Shown piece after piece: positions 18,098 to 27,763 of a stretch of 64,000 bases of DNA (the first letter of the stretch is position 1; every line of letters begins with the position of its first letter). The notes beneath the pieces are model-generated. The model had not been told where the DNA came from and ran no database searches. It saw nothing but the letters and a program-made list of their open reading frames with translations. Source of the stretch: Escherichia coli (GTDB taxonomy: Bacteria > Pseudomonadota > Gammaproteobacteria > Enterobacterales > Enterobacteriaceae); NCBI RefSeq assembly GCF_011045215.1, contig NZ_CP049201.1; one strand, written 5' to 3'. The translations under genes and the position numbers were made by a program.

Positions 18098-20785
18098 ATG
18101 GAAAATTCGGCAGCTCTGTTACGTCGTCTTAATCATTACTGTGCCCGTGCACTGGAAGGCGCAGCCTCCCTTTGCCAGACCCGGGCCCATGCAGAAATCA
18201 CCCCGGAGCACTGGTTACTGAAACTGCTGGAGCAGGGGGAAGGAGACCTTACCGTGCTGGGCCGGCGTTATGGCTGGGATATGGACGCGATATGGCAGTC
18301 GCTGCTCGGCTGGCTGGATAACCAGCCCCGTAGCGTACGCAGTCGCCCGCAGCTTGCGCCGTCCCTGAATGCCCTGCTGAAACAGGCCTGGATGGTGGCC
18401 TCATTACAGGGGGAAGAACATATCCGCAGCGTGCATCTGCTGGGTGCCCTGACGGAACATCCGCACCTGGTTCGCTGTGACGGGCTGTGGCCCCTGCTGA
18501 CACTGAGTCAGAGTCAGTTGCAGCGTCTGTCCCCGCTGCTGGATGCGCAGTCTGATGAGTGTCCGGAGAGATTACAGGATGCAGAGCCTGTGCTGCCTCA
18601 GGGAGACAATGTGACCTTTATCGGGCGCCCCGTCGGTGCGGATACGGCGGGTATACCGTCAGGTGACCTGCCGCCTGTGTTACAGAGTGCGCTGGATAAA
18701 TTCACCCGGGACATCACGGCCAGTGCGAGAGAGGGTAAAATTGACCCGGTATCGGGGCGCGATACGGAAATCCGCCAGATGGTGGATATTCTCTCCCGCC
18801 GCCGCAAGAATAACCCGATTCTGGTGGGGGACCCCGGTGTGGGGAAAACGGCTCTGGTGGAAGGGCTCGCCCTGCGTATTGTGGAAGGTAACGTACCGGA
18901 ATCACTCAGACCCGTCACCCTGCGCACCCTTGACCTCGGCCTGCTGCAGGCCGGTGCCGGCGTGAAGGGGGAATTTGAACAGCGCCTGAAAAACGTGATT
19001 GATGCCGTGCAGCAGTCACCGGCTCCTGTTCTGTTGTTTATAGATGAAGCCCATACCCTTATCGGGGCCGGTAATCAGGCTGGCGGCGCGGATGCGGCGA
19101 ACCTGCTGAAGCCTGCGCTGGCGCGGGGTGAACTGCGCACCATTGCCGCCACCACCTGGTCTGAGTACAAACAATACCTGGAACGTGACGCGGCCCTGGA
19201 GCGGCGTTTTCAGATGGTCAGAGTGGACGAGCCGGATGATGAGACGGCCTGTCTGATGCTACGCTCCCTGAAATCCCGTTATGCGGAACATCATAACGTG
19301 CATATCACCGATGAGGCGGTACGTGCTGCCGTCACACTGTCGCGCCGTTATCTGACAGAACGTCAGTTACCGGACAAGGCCGTTGACCTGCTTGATACCG
19401 CTGCTGCCCGTGTGCGTATGAGCCTCGACACGGTGCCGGAACAGCTGACCCGTATCCGTTCACAGCTCGCCTCCCTCGGTATGGAAAAACAGGCACTGCT
19501 GGAAGATATTGCCGTTGGTCATCAGAATCACGGCGAACGCCTGTCTGCCATTGAGCAGGAAGAGAATGTGCTGATGACAGCACGTGATGACCTGGAGCAG
19601 CAGTACGCCCGGGAGTGCGAACTCACCGGTGAGTTACTTGAAAGCCGCAGCGATATTTCCCGCCAGAGTGAGACACATCACCTGCAGCAGGCACTGCACG
19701 ACATTCAGCAGAATCAGCCCCTGCTCAGTGTGGATGTTGATGTACGCACCGTGGCCGGTGTGGTCGCGGACTGGACCGGGGTGCCGTTATCCTCACTGAT
19801 GAAGGACGAACAGACGGAACTGCTGCATCTGGAAAAGGATATCGGCAGACGGGTGGTCGGACAGGACGTGGCACTGGAATCCATTGCACAGCGTCTGCGT
19901 GCGGCGAAAACGGGTCTGACATCCGGTAACGGCCCCCAGGGGGTGTTCCTGCTGGTTGGCCCCAGTGGTGTGGGAAAAACTGAAACGGCACTGGCACTGG
20001 CAGACGCGATGTACGGCGGCGAAAAATCACTGATTACCATCAATCTGTCGGAATATCAGGAGCCCCATACGGTTTCCCAGCTTAAGGGCTCACCGCCCGG
20101 GTACGTGGGATACGGTCAGGGGGGGATTCTGACGGAGGCTGTGCGTAAACGCCCTTACAGCGTGGTGCTGCTGGATGAAGTGGAAAAGGCCCACCGGGAT
20201 GTGCTGAATCTGTTTTATCAGGTATTTGACCGGGGCTTTATGCGCGACGGCGAGGGGCGTGAAATTGACTTCCGTAATACGGTCATACTGATGACCTCCA
20301 ACCTGGGCAGTGACCTTCTGATGCAGCAACTGAGCGAAAAGCCGGAGACAACGGAATCGGAGCTGCATGAGCTTATCCGTCCACTGCTGCGCGACCACTT
20401 CCAGCCTGCCCTGCTGGCTCGCTTTCAGACCGTGATTTACCGTCCGCTGACACAGTCTGCCATGCGCATCATTGTGGAGATGAAGCTTGCACAGGTCTGT
20501 GAACGCCTGCACTGCCATTATGGACTGAGTACATCGGTTGATGAACGTGTGTACGATGCCCTGACATCAGCCTGCCTGCTGCCGGATACGGGCGCCCGGA
20601 ATGTGGAGAGTCTGCTGAACCAGCAACTGCTGCCGGTACTGAGCCGGCAGTTGCTCAGCTATCTTGCTGCCAGACAGCATCCGACGTACCTGTCTCTGAC
20701 GTGGAATGATGAGGATGGTATTGTGATAGCGTTTGATGGAATCAATAGCGATTATCCGCAGGAAAGCATATATGGACAGTGCTAA
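18098..20785 (+). CDS. clpV: T6SS AAA+ ATPase ClpV (TssH)
   Basis: Two AAA+ modules with Walker A GDPGVGKT and GPSGVGKT, Walker B LLFIDEAH and VVLLDEVEKA, ClpB-like N-domain. Confidence 0.93.
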   Translation: MENSAALLRRLNHYCARALEGAASLCQTRAHAEITPEHWLLKLLEQGEGDLTVLGRRYGWDMDAIWQSLLGWLDNQPRSVRSRPQLAPSLNALLKQAWMVASLQGEEHIRSVHLLGALTEHPHLVRCDGLWPLLTLSQSQLQRLSPLLDAQSDECPERLQDAEPVLPQGDNVTFIGRPVGADTAGIPSGDLPPVLQSALDKFTRDITASAREGKIDPVSGRDTEIRQMVDILSRRRKNNPILVGDPGVGKTALVEGLALRIVEGNVPESLRPVTLRTLDLGLLQAGAGVKGEFEQRLKNVIDAVQQSPAPVLLFIDEAHTLIGAGNQAGGADAANLLKPALARGELRTIAATTWSEYKQYLERDAALERRFQMVRVDEPDDETACLMLRSLKSRYAEHHNVHITDEAVRAAVTLSRRYLTERQLPDKAVDLLDTAAARVRMSLDTVPEQLTRIRSQLASLGMEKQALLEDIAVGHQNHGERLSAIEQEENVLMTARDDLEQQYARECELTGELLESRSDISRQSETHHLQQALHDIQQNQPLLSVDVDVRTVAGVVADWTGVPLSSLMKDEQTELLHLEKDIGRRVVGQDVALESIAQRLRAAKTGLTSGNGPQGVFLLVGPSGVGKTETALALADAMYGGEKSLITINLSEYQEPHTVSQLKGSPPGYVGYGQGGILTEAVRKRPYSVVLLDEVEKAHRDVLNLFYQVFDRGFMRDGEGREIDFRNTVILMTSNLGSDLLMQQLSEKPETTESELHELIRPLLRDHFQPALLARFQTVIYRPLTQSAMRIIVEMKLAQVCERLHCHYGLSTSVDERVYDALTSACLLPDTGARNVESLLNQQLLPVLSRQLLSYLAARQHPTYLSLTWNDEDGIVIAFDGINSDYPQESIYGQC

Positions 20786-21413
20786 AGAAATTGCCCGGGA
20801 TATGCTGGAGTCCGTAAATATTAATGGGGATGGGTTTCTGGGGGCCGTCGGGAAGGGGCTCATATCTTTGCCAGTCAGTCTCGGTTATATGGGATATGAT
20901 TTTACAGATACCGGGCATAGGCGGGAAAACCAGAATGACAAATTCAGAATGGCCAGACTGGTAGAAAAAGGCATTTTCAGCCGTGATATTATTGGGAAAA
21001 TTATCAGTATTTGTCTTGAAGACTTTGTATCCCGGATCAATATGGAAAAAATAGGCTCCATTGTGAAGAACGTTTCAGGAGATCTGGCAGGTAGAATGGC
21101 ATTTGCTGAATTGACCGGGGTTAAACTGGGAGAGGCTCTGGTATCCAGAGGGCTGGCTGCTTTTTTTGCAGGGAGTTTTGCCGGGTTGTTATTATCTGTT
21201 GGCGCAGAGACATCGCGTGCGATTTACACATCCCGTTTTCTGAAAGACAGAAATCCGGTGTTGCATGATAAGCTGAAAGCTCAGGGGGATTTGGATCTTT
21301 TGTACTTCCTTGTTGAAGATATTGTGCGCCCGTTTGAACGAGCCTGTATTGTCGCAGACCGAAATTCGGCTGAGTTTGACCGGATATGCGAATATTTTTT
21401 CGGTGGTTTATGA
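20774..21413 (+). CDS. Hypothetical protein with a Gly/Ala-rich hydrophobic segment (putative membrane-active effector)
   Basis: 213 aa from MDSAKEIARD; segment GLAAFFAGSFAGLLLSVGAET; located between clpV and vgrG; function not recognised. Confidence 0.45.
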
Positions 21414-21637
21414 AGATAAAAAGAACATTACTTATAATGCTTTCCCGATTTATCCGTGGCGCAGGTATGGGGTTAGGTGCGTCGGGTATTGTATTTACAG
21501 TCTGGTTCTTTTTTCTCTCATCTTCTGAATTTAAATATCTGTGGGGAGGGCTCTCTGTTGCGTTATTTTTTGTCGGTTATCTGATGTATCGATTTGCATA
21601 TGCATATATTTACGATGAATGGGATGATTATCAGTAA
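21410..21637 (+). CDS. Small two-TM membrane protein (putative cognate immunity)
   Basis: 75 aa, ATG overlaps the upstream stop (ATGA); two hydrophobic helices GMGLGASGIVFTVWFFFL and LSVALFFVGYLMY. Confidence 0.4.
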   Translation: MKIKRTLLIMLSRFIRGAGMGLGASGIVFTVWFFFLSSSEFKYLWGGLSVALFFVGYLMYRFAYAYIYDEWDDYQ

Positions 21638-21715
21638 TTCTCTCTGAAAATAAAGCTTAACGGTCATCATTATATAATTGCAGTTCAATACCGGTACAGA
21701 CATGGAGTTAACAAT

Positions 21716-24238
21716 ATGAGTCTGACAGATACACTTTCAAAAACTATCTCTGTTTCCCTGAATCGTTACCATTTAATTATTCCCTCCTGCCCGTCACCAC
21801 TGGATGTTGAGCATTTCAGCGGCAGGGAGGAGATGAGTCAGACCTATTATTACATCATCAATTTTACCAGTACTGACAACGACCTGGATGCCGGGCTGCT
21901 GCTGCGTAAATCAGCCACATTTACAATGGGTACGGGAGGGCTTAAGGAGCAGGTGAGCCAGAAAGTAGTACATGGTGTCATTACAGATTTTCGCCGTATA
22001 TCGGGCTCCGCCGACCAGGCAAAATACCAGGTGATACTGGAACCATTTATTAAACTACTGGACAGGCAGCATCGTTCTCACCGATTTTTCGTTAACAAAT
22101 CGGTGCCGGAGGTGGTGACAGAGGTTCTCCAGGAGCACGGTCTGAAAGGCTGGGAGTTTGAGTTCCGTCTCAAAAAAACGTATCCGAAGCGTGAACAGAT
22201 TAACCAGTATCAGGAAAGTGACCTGCAATTTATTCAGCGTTTGCTGGCTGAAGTGGGGATTTTTTATTTTTTCACCCTGCAACCGGACACGCAGACGGAA
22301 GTGGTGCATTTTGGTGACAGCCAGGCAGCGCTGACGTTTGATAAGACGCTGGCGATAAACAGTCCGTCCGGAATGAATGATAACAGAGCGGATTCAGTGT
22401 GGGGGCTGAATGTGACGCACAATGTGGCAGAGGCTAGTGTCACCACAAAGGCTTATAACCATCGTGAAGCACAATATCTGTTGCAGTCCGCCCCGGCAGA
22501 CATGACGCATGGTGATGGTGACGGAATTAACTATGGTGAGGTGTACCACTACCATTTCCGTCATCTGGAACGGGGGGATAAAATCGACCCGGTGCCGGAG
22601 ACGGCCAATTTTTATGCCCGCCTTGGTCATGAACGCTATCTGGCGGAGCAGGTACGGATAACCGGTAACAGTACAGACGCCACGCTGGCACCTGCTCAGG
22701 TTCTGACTATCACCGACAGTCTTCCGCCGACGTTGCCTGCGCTGCTGCGCAATCCGGTGTTGCTTACCTGTGTCGGTTTTTCTGCAAGTCGCAAGGATGC
22801 CCTGCAGGTTGTACTGAAGGGCGTTCCTTACAGTGAAGTTATCTGCTGGCGTCCTCCTTTACTGCCCCGTCCGAAAGTTACCGGTACCATGACGGCCCGT
22901 GTGACCAGTGCAAAAGAAGGGGATATCTACGCCTGGCAGGATGCATCAGGTATGTACCGGGTGAAATTTGATGCTGACCGTGATGATAAAAATCCAGGAC
23001 AGGAAAGTATGCCGGTACGTCTGGCCAAACCCTACAGTGGTGATGCTTATGGTTTTCATTTTCCGCTGATTCAGGGAACGGAAGTGGCCATTGCTTTTGA
23101 GGAAGGTGATCCGGATCGTCCCTATATTGCGCATGCCCTGCATGATTCACGTCATGTTGATCACGTTACCGATAAGAACGGTACGCGCAATGTTATCCGT
23201 ACGCCAGCAAATAACAAATTGCGAATGGAGGATAAGCGCGGCGAGGAGCATATCAAGCTCAGTACCGAGTATGGCGGTAAGACACAACTTAATCTTGGCC
23301 ATAACGTTGATGAGGAGCGGGTGGTTAGAGGAGAAGGTGCAGAGTTGCGCACTGATGATTGGGTGGCAATTCGGGGGGGGAAAGGGATTTTATTAAGTGC
23401 CGACGCTCAACCAAATGCTGATGGTGTAATGCTTGATATGCATAAAGCTATACAGCAGTTGGAACATGCTCTTGCTCTTGCAAAAAGCCTCGGCAAAGCA
23501 GCTGAGACAGCAAAAGCAACTTCGGCAGATTCAGATAGCCAGTCTATTTTGAAAAGTGCGCTGTCCGGGTTGCAAAAACCAGGGATATTAGCACATTCAC
23601 CTATGGGAATTGGTGTGGTAACTCCAGAAGCAGTACGGATTGCTTCTGGAAATCAGAGTGTAGGAATAGTTTCTGGTCGTAATACGGATATTACTGCAGC
23701 TCAGTCAGTAACTGTTGCGGCATCGAATTCTGTCAGCCTATTTGCGCAAAGTGCGGGGATGCAACTTTTTGCAGGGCAGGGCAAAGTGGATGTGCAGGCT
23801 CAGGGAGATGCGCTGAATCTCCAGGCACTAAAGGACGTCACAGTTACTAGTAATCGTGGTAGTGTAACGTTAAGCGCTAGTAAGGAGTTAACTCTTGTTT
23901 GTAATGGTGCTTACATCAAGATCAGTGGCGGAAATATCGAACTTGGATGTCCAGGTAATATTCTGCTTAAATCTGCGAATGTGCAAAAAATGAGAGCGGC
24001 AAACTTAAATCTATCTCCTCAGGTGTTGCCTAAAGGATTCAAGGGAGGATTTACAATAACTAATCAGGATACGGGGGAAGTGATGCCGTACATCCTTTAT
24101 AAGATAACTACCGCAGAAGGTGATGTTTATTCAGGTACAACAGATAAACTTGGCAATACCATGCCAATTTATACAGCGTCGCCATCATTAATGAAAATTG
24201 AGTTTCCTCTAAGCAGTGAACAAGGAGGGGCATTATGA
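21716..24238 (+). CDS. vgrG: T6SS spike protein VgrG (TssI) with C-terminal extension
   Basis: 840 aa, longer than a minimal VgrG; gp27/gp5-like N-terminal region then repeat-rich beta-prism region and an extra C-terminal tail of about 100 aa. Confidence 0.9.
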   Translation: MSLTDTLSKTISVSLNRYHLIIPSCPSPLDVEHFSGREEMSQTYYYIINFTSTDNDLDAGLLLRKSATFTMGTGGLKEQVSQKVVHGVITDFRRISGSADQAKYQVILEPFIKLLDRQHRSHRFFVNKSVPEVVTEVLQEHGLKGWEFEFRLKKTYPKREQINQYQESDLQFIQRLLAEVGIFYFFTLQPDTQTEVVHFGDSQAALTFDKTLAINSPSGMNDNRADSVWGLNVTHNVAEASVTTKAYNHREAQYLLQSAPADMTHGDGDGINYGEVYHYHFRHLERGDKIDPVPETANFYARLGHERYLAEQVRITGNSTDATLAPAQVLTITDSLPPTLPALLRNPVLLTCVGFSASRKDALQVVLKGVPYSEVICWRPPLLPRPKVTGTMTARVTSAKEGDIYAWQDASGMYRVKFDADRDDKNPGQESMPVRLAKPYSGDAYGFHFPLIQGTEVAIAFEEGDPDRPYIAHALHDSRHVDHVTDKNGTRNVIRTPANNKLRMEDKRGEEHIKLSTEYGGKTQLNLGHNVDEERVVRGEGAELRTDDWVAIRGGKGILLSADAQPNADGVMLDMHKAIQQLEHALALAKSLGKAAETAKATSADSDSQSILKSALSGLQKPGILAHSPMGIGVVTPEAVRIASGNQSVGIVSGRNTDITAAQSVTVAASNSVSLFAQSAGMQLFAGQGKVDVQAQGDALNLQALKDVTVTSNRGSVTLSASKELTLVCNGAYIKISGGNIELGCPGNILLKSANVQKMRAANLNLSPQVLPKGFKGGFTITNQDTGEVMPYILYKITTAEGDVYSGTTDKLGNTMPIYTASPSLMKIEFPLSSEQGGAL

Positions 24239-26145
24239 GTGAGTCAAAAACATCTGCTGTAGGAACATTCAGTAAAGCCCATGCTCCTGCGCAAAAGAAA
24301 TGCTGGATTGAAATTCAGCTGGTTGATGAGAATGATAACGCTGTAGCTAATATGCCATGGCGAGGGGAGAATGAAGCTACTCGTGATAAAGTTATTGAGC
24401 CTTATAGCGGAGTTACTGATTTAGATGGTATTTTGAGGATCGATGATTTGCTTCACCCAGATCTTACTCTTTTTGTTGAAGCTCAACCACTTGTTGACGA
24501 AATGGAGCATAGACCTTTAAGTATAGAGAGAACATGTTCCTATTCGATGAAAAATTCACCAGTAACTGTTGATAAGCGGACCAATAATATTTGTTATTAT
24601 GTAGTTGTCGGTCAATTGTGCGATAAAGCTCCAAGTATACCTGGTTGGAATAGTAAAGAATTACCTGCCTTTCATTTTCCCGATCGTGATTTTTCAGGAC
24701 TAACTATTTCAAATGCGTACTTTAATTCGAGAGTTATAGTAAAAGTATGTCCATTTAGAGCATGGAATTTACTTCTTCATCATGCAAAGGATTACTCTAT
24801 TGTAAATGCGTTTAATTTGGGGCTTTTAGCTGAATTTGTTTATTCTGACAAAGAAAAAATCCTGTCCTTTTTTAATGAGCAGTGTCAAGATTTATCTAAA
24901 GTTCCTAGTATGCTCTATGAAACCATTTCTGTTGATGTGCCGTTTAGAGAACGTTATGTAAATCCAGTATTTCTTGATACTACAGAAGGTGATTTTGGAG
25001 AAGGGGGGACCCAGCTTTTCTTCGTCAGCAATTTGACTAAGCTATTAGTCGGCTGGAGAGGTACTGAGCCAGATAAACTAGCAGATCTTATTACTGATGG
25101 GGCATTTAGGCCGGTGCCATGTCCAGATATAGTGCCATCAGGTCATTGTCACAAAGGTTTTTTAGATGCATTTAATTTAGTTGGAAAAAAATTCAGGGAC
25201 CAACTCAAACAAATTCAGAGTTTGTCGAGTGGCCGTGAATTATTTATTGCAGGACATAGCTTAGGCGGTGCATTAGCTCTAATTCATGCTGCTGTGTTGC
25301 GTGATTATCAACCAATAATCTATACATATGGAATGCCGCGAGTATTTACGGCATCGGCTATTAATAAAATTAAAAATATTTCTCACTATAGACACGTTAA
25401 TGATTCAGATTCAGTAACAAGCATTCCACCGGAGTTAGAGTTAGATAATAAACTCTATGATCTTTGGGGACCTTACGGTGTTGTCTATGGATTTGTTGGT
25501 TCTGTTTTGGCTATGGGAATTCAAGGCGCAGGAATAAAGTTTGGTGATCCTTATTGGCACCATGGTAGCACTGTCTGCTTTTTTAAGGTTGAGCAGTCTA
25601 TTGTTAAGCGTTTAAAAAGAATTATGCCGCTTATAGGCATGGATGTTAAAAAACCATATATATCAATAAGGGAGATCTCATTTGACAAATGTAAGCTATA
25701 TCTTGTTCCAGATCTTAATGAGAAAATGTTTTGCGCTACAGCAGAGGAGCAAAATAATTTTGTGAAAAGTTTGTCCCCTGAAAGTTTAAGATGCTATTTT
25801 CCTAAAAATAGTAATCCAGAACTTGATTCTTGGACAAATCCAATAAATCATTCCATGTCAAACAAATACATGCCTTTTATTAATAATGAGCTGATTGAGC
25901 TAACAGATCCTGAGCGACCAATGGAAAGAAAACTGAATAGGAAAAAATTTTCAATTGCTGTTGATAATGCAGCGAAGTTAACAGAAAGCACTTCGAAGCA
26001 TGAGCTGGAAAGAAATAAGAACTTTTTATTGTTGCAAGATATGTTGCCAAAAACATTAGAAATATCAAAGTCAGAAAATAACTGGGTGAATGCATTGATT
26101 AGATTTAAAAATAGTGCAAAGGAAGAGTATGAGAATATTAATTAA
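24235..26145 (+). CDS. Putative T6SS phospholipase/lipase effector (class-3 lipase-like, GHSLGG nucleophile motif)
   Basis: 636 aa; start overlaps the vgrG stop; GHSLGGALALIHAA at about 25252..25290 is a GxSxG alpha/beta-hydrolase nucleophile elbow; AT-rich relative to the core genes. Confidence 0.75.
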   Translation: MSESKTSAVGTFSKAHAPAQKKCWIEIQLVDENDNAVANMPWRGENEATRDKVIEPYSGVTDLDGILRIDDLLHPDLTLFVEAQPLVDEMEHRPLSIERTCSYSMKNSPVTVDKRTNNICYYVVVGQLCDKAPSIPGWNSKELPAFHFPDRDFSGLTISNAYFNSRVIVKVCPFRAWNLLLHHAKDYSIVNAFNLGLLAEFVYSDKEKILSFFNEQCQDLSKVPSMLYETISVDVPFRERYVNPVFLDTTEGDFGEGGTQLFFVSNLTKLLVGWRGTEPDKLADLITDGAFRPVPCPDIVPSGHCHKGFLDAFNLVGKKFRDQLKQIQSLSSGRELFIAGHSLGGALALIHAAVLRDYQPIIYTYGMPRVFTASAINKIKNISHYRHVNDSDSVTSIPPELELDNKLYDLWGPYGVVYGFVGSVLAMGIQGAGIKFGDPYWHHGSTVCFFKVEQSIVKRLKRIMPLIGMDVKKPYISIREISFDKCKLYLVPDLNEKMFCATAEEQNNFVKSLSPESLRCYFPKNSNPELDSWTNPINHSMSNKYMPFINNELIELTDPERPMERKLNRKKFSIAVDNAAKLTESTSKHELERNKNFLLLQDMLPKTLEISKSENNWVNALIRFKNSAKEEYENIN

Positions 26146-26890
26146 GAACATGATGTACATCTTTTCTTTTTTTTTGTTAGGGTGTGATAAAAATGAGTCA
26201 TTGAATCCTCCATCCAATGGTGAAATGGTTTCTGTAATTGCAAAGATGCCAGCGGGCAGTAAAATATTGCCATTGGAAATTATGTATCGTTCAACCACTT
26301 GCTTGAAGAGTCGTAAAGATTCAAATGGAGGTATAGTAAAAGAACCAGGATATTATTTTGTCAAGAAAGAATTCAATTCTGTATCAGACGATAATATATT
26401 TAATCTGAAGATTCCACGTGATGGTGGAGGGCAGTGTAACTGGGAGTTAAGCAACATAACGTTAGGGTTCTATTTAAAAGAACTTCCTTCAGGTAAAGAT
26501 GAAAAGAGTGAGAATATACCAATTAAAGAAATTATTGTGTTTGATGATAATTCACCTCAGCGGCTAAGTGGAACATACGAGATTATTAATGGAGATGTTA
26601 CACTGAAAGAGAATTACTTTCCTTTAATTACAAAGCGCAGGAATAGCAATACCTTATTGGAATATTCCATTGTCAGGTCTTCACCAGATGTGATTTATAA
26701 ATCAACATCGGCAAAAAAAGTTATTTTTGAACCAAGGATTCATTTTTCAAAAGTTTTACGCGCGACAGAACCGACAGGGCAAAAAGTCGGAGTGTATATG
26801 TCGGTGTTGTATCCTGATGGAACTATCGAGAATGGGCCATATTTCCCTAATTACAAAAAACTTCAGTTCCTTGAGAGAGGTAATGATTGA
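26129..26890 (+). CDS. Lipoprotein, putative immunity protein for the lipase effector
   Basis: Signal peptide with lipobox MRILIKNMMYIFSFFLLGC; overlaps the effector 3-prime end; same low GC. Confidence 0.6.
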   Translation: MRILIKNMMYIFSFFLLGCDKNESLNPPSNGEMVSVIAKMPAGSKILPLEIMYRSTTCLKSRKDSNGGIVKEPGYYFVKKEFNSVSDDNIFNLKIPRDGGGQCNWELSNITLGFYLKELPSGKDEKSENIPIKEIIVFDDNSPQRLSGTYEIINGDVTLKENYFPLITKRRNSNTLLEYSIVRSSPDVIYKSTSAKKVIFEPRIHFSKVLRATEPTGQKVGVYMSVLYPDGTIENGPYFPNYKKLQFLERGND

Positions 26891-27493
26891 TTATTTATAA
26901 TTAATTTCTGTATTTTTAGATTGAATGTTTTATGTATCTGTGAATGCGTGGTGTTCCGAATCGGATTTTGCGTTATTATTTCTAATGTCGTAATTAAAGA
27001 GAAAGAGTTTAGCTAAAACGATTGTTTTCATTCTAAACATAGAGTAAATATGAAGTGTTTTTTATCAAGTCTACGAACTCTCAGTATTATGTTTTTTGTG
27101 CCGATTATATTTTTCATCTTTCAGTACGAATGCTGGAGTAAGTGATAGTTTTGATTTGCTTATAATTGGGGGATTGTTTCTCATTATCTTGGTTAGCAAA
27201 TCCATTTATTATAGAAGTAATCAAGATAAATAATTTATTATATTTATAATTGTCCCTGGTGTCATTTTTATTGTTCATTTCTTTCTTAGAAGTTAAAGGC
27301 ATTATTGTGAAGGTTGGGAAGGGAAAATGTTAATAATGTTTTATGGCTTGGGATATTGGATGTGAGAGTCATGCTTCATTTAGCATGATGTTAACTCAAA
27401 ATATCGACATTCATTAGCGTAAAAATTAAAATAATGAATATCTCTGATTAATTGTTGTCTTAATTTATATCGTCTTATAAAGTTGAGGTGTGG

Positions 27494-27760
27494 ATGTCAA
27501 GTAGTTTTGTTTTGCTGGGTGATAAAACAACTCATGGTGGCGAAGTGATCTCAGCTTCTTCAACCATGATTGTCGATGGTAAAAAAGTAGCTCTTGTCGG
27601 AGATATGGTTAGTTGTCCTGTTTCCGGACATGGTACTAATCCTATTGTGGAGGGCTCTCCTGAATGGATATCTGATGGAAGAGCTGTTGTGATTGATGGA
27701 TGTAAATGTCTGTGTGGGTGTAAGGTTATATCCAGTGCACCGGAATGTGCAATAGGATAA
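27494..27760 (+). CDS. PAAR-domain spike-tip protein
   Basis: About 88 aa, Gly/Cys-rich with PAAR-like motifs (VSCPVSGHG, GCKCLCGCK); GAGG RBS before the ATG. Confidence 0.8.
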   Translation: MSSSFVLLGDKTTHGGEVISASSTMIVDGKKVALVGDMVSCPVSGHGTNPIVEGSPEWISDGRAVVIDGCKCLCGCKVISSAPECAIG

Positions 27761-27763
27761 AAC

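Noticed and set aside
18249-20043. Several antisense and alternative-frame ORFs inside clpV (for example 18598..18927, 19725..20030)
   Set aside because: They lie entirely within the ClpV coding region, whose frame carries unambiguous AAA+ motifs; Pro/Arg/Ser-rich translations.
26891-27487. Possible small genes in the AT-rich gap before PAAR (including minus ORF 27114..27302)
   Set aside because: Only short Asn/Lys-rich ORFs without RBS; more consistent with a non-coding AT-rich spacer or internal promoter region.
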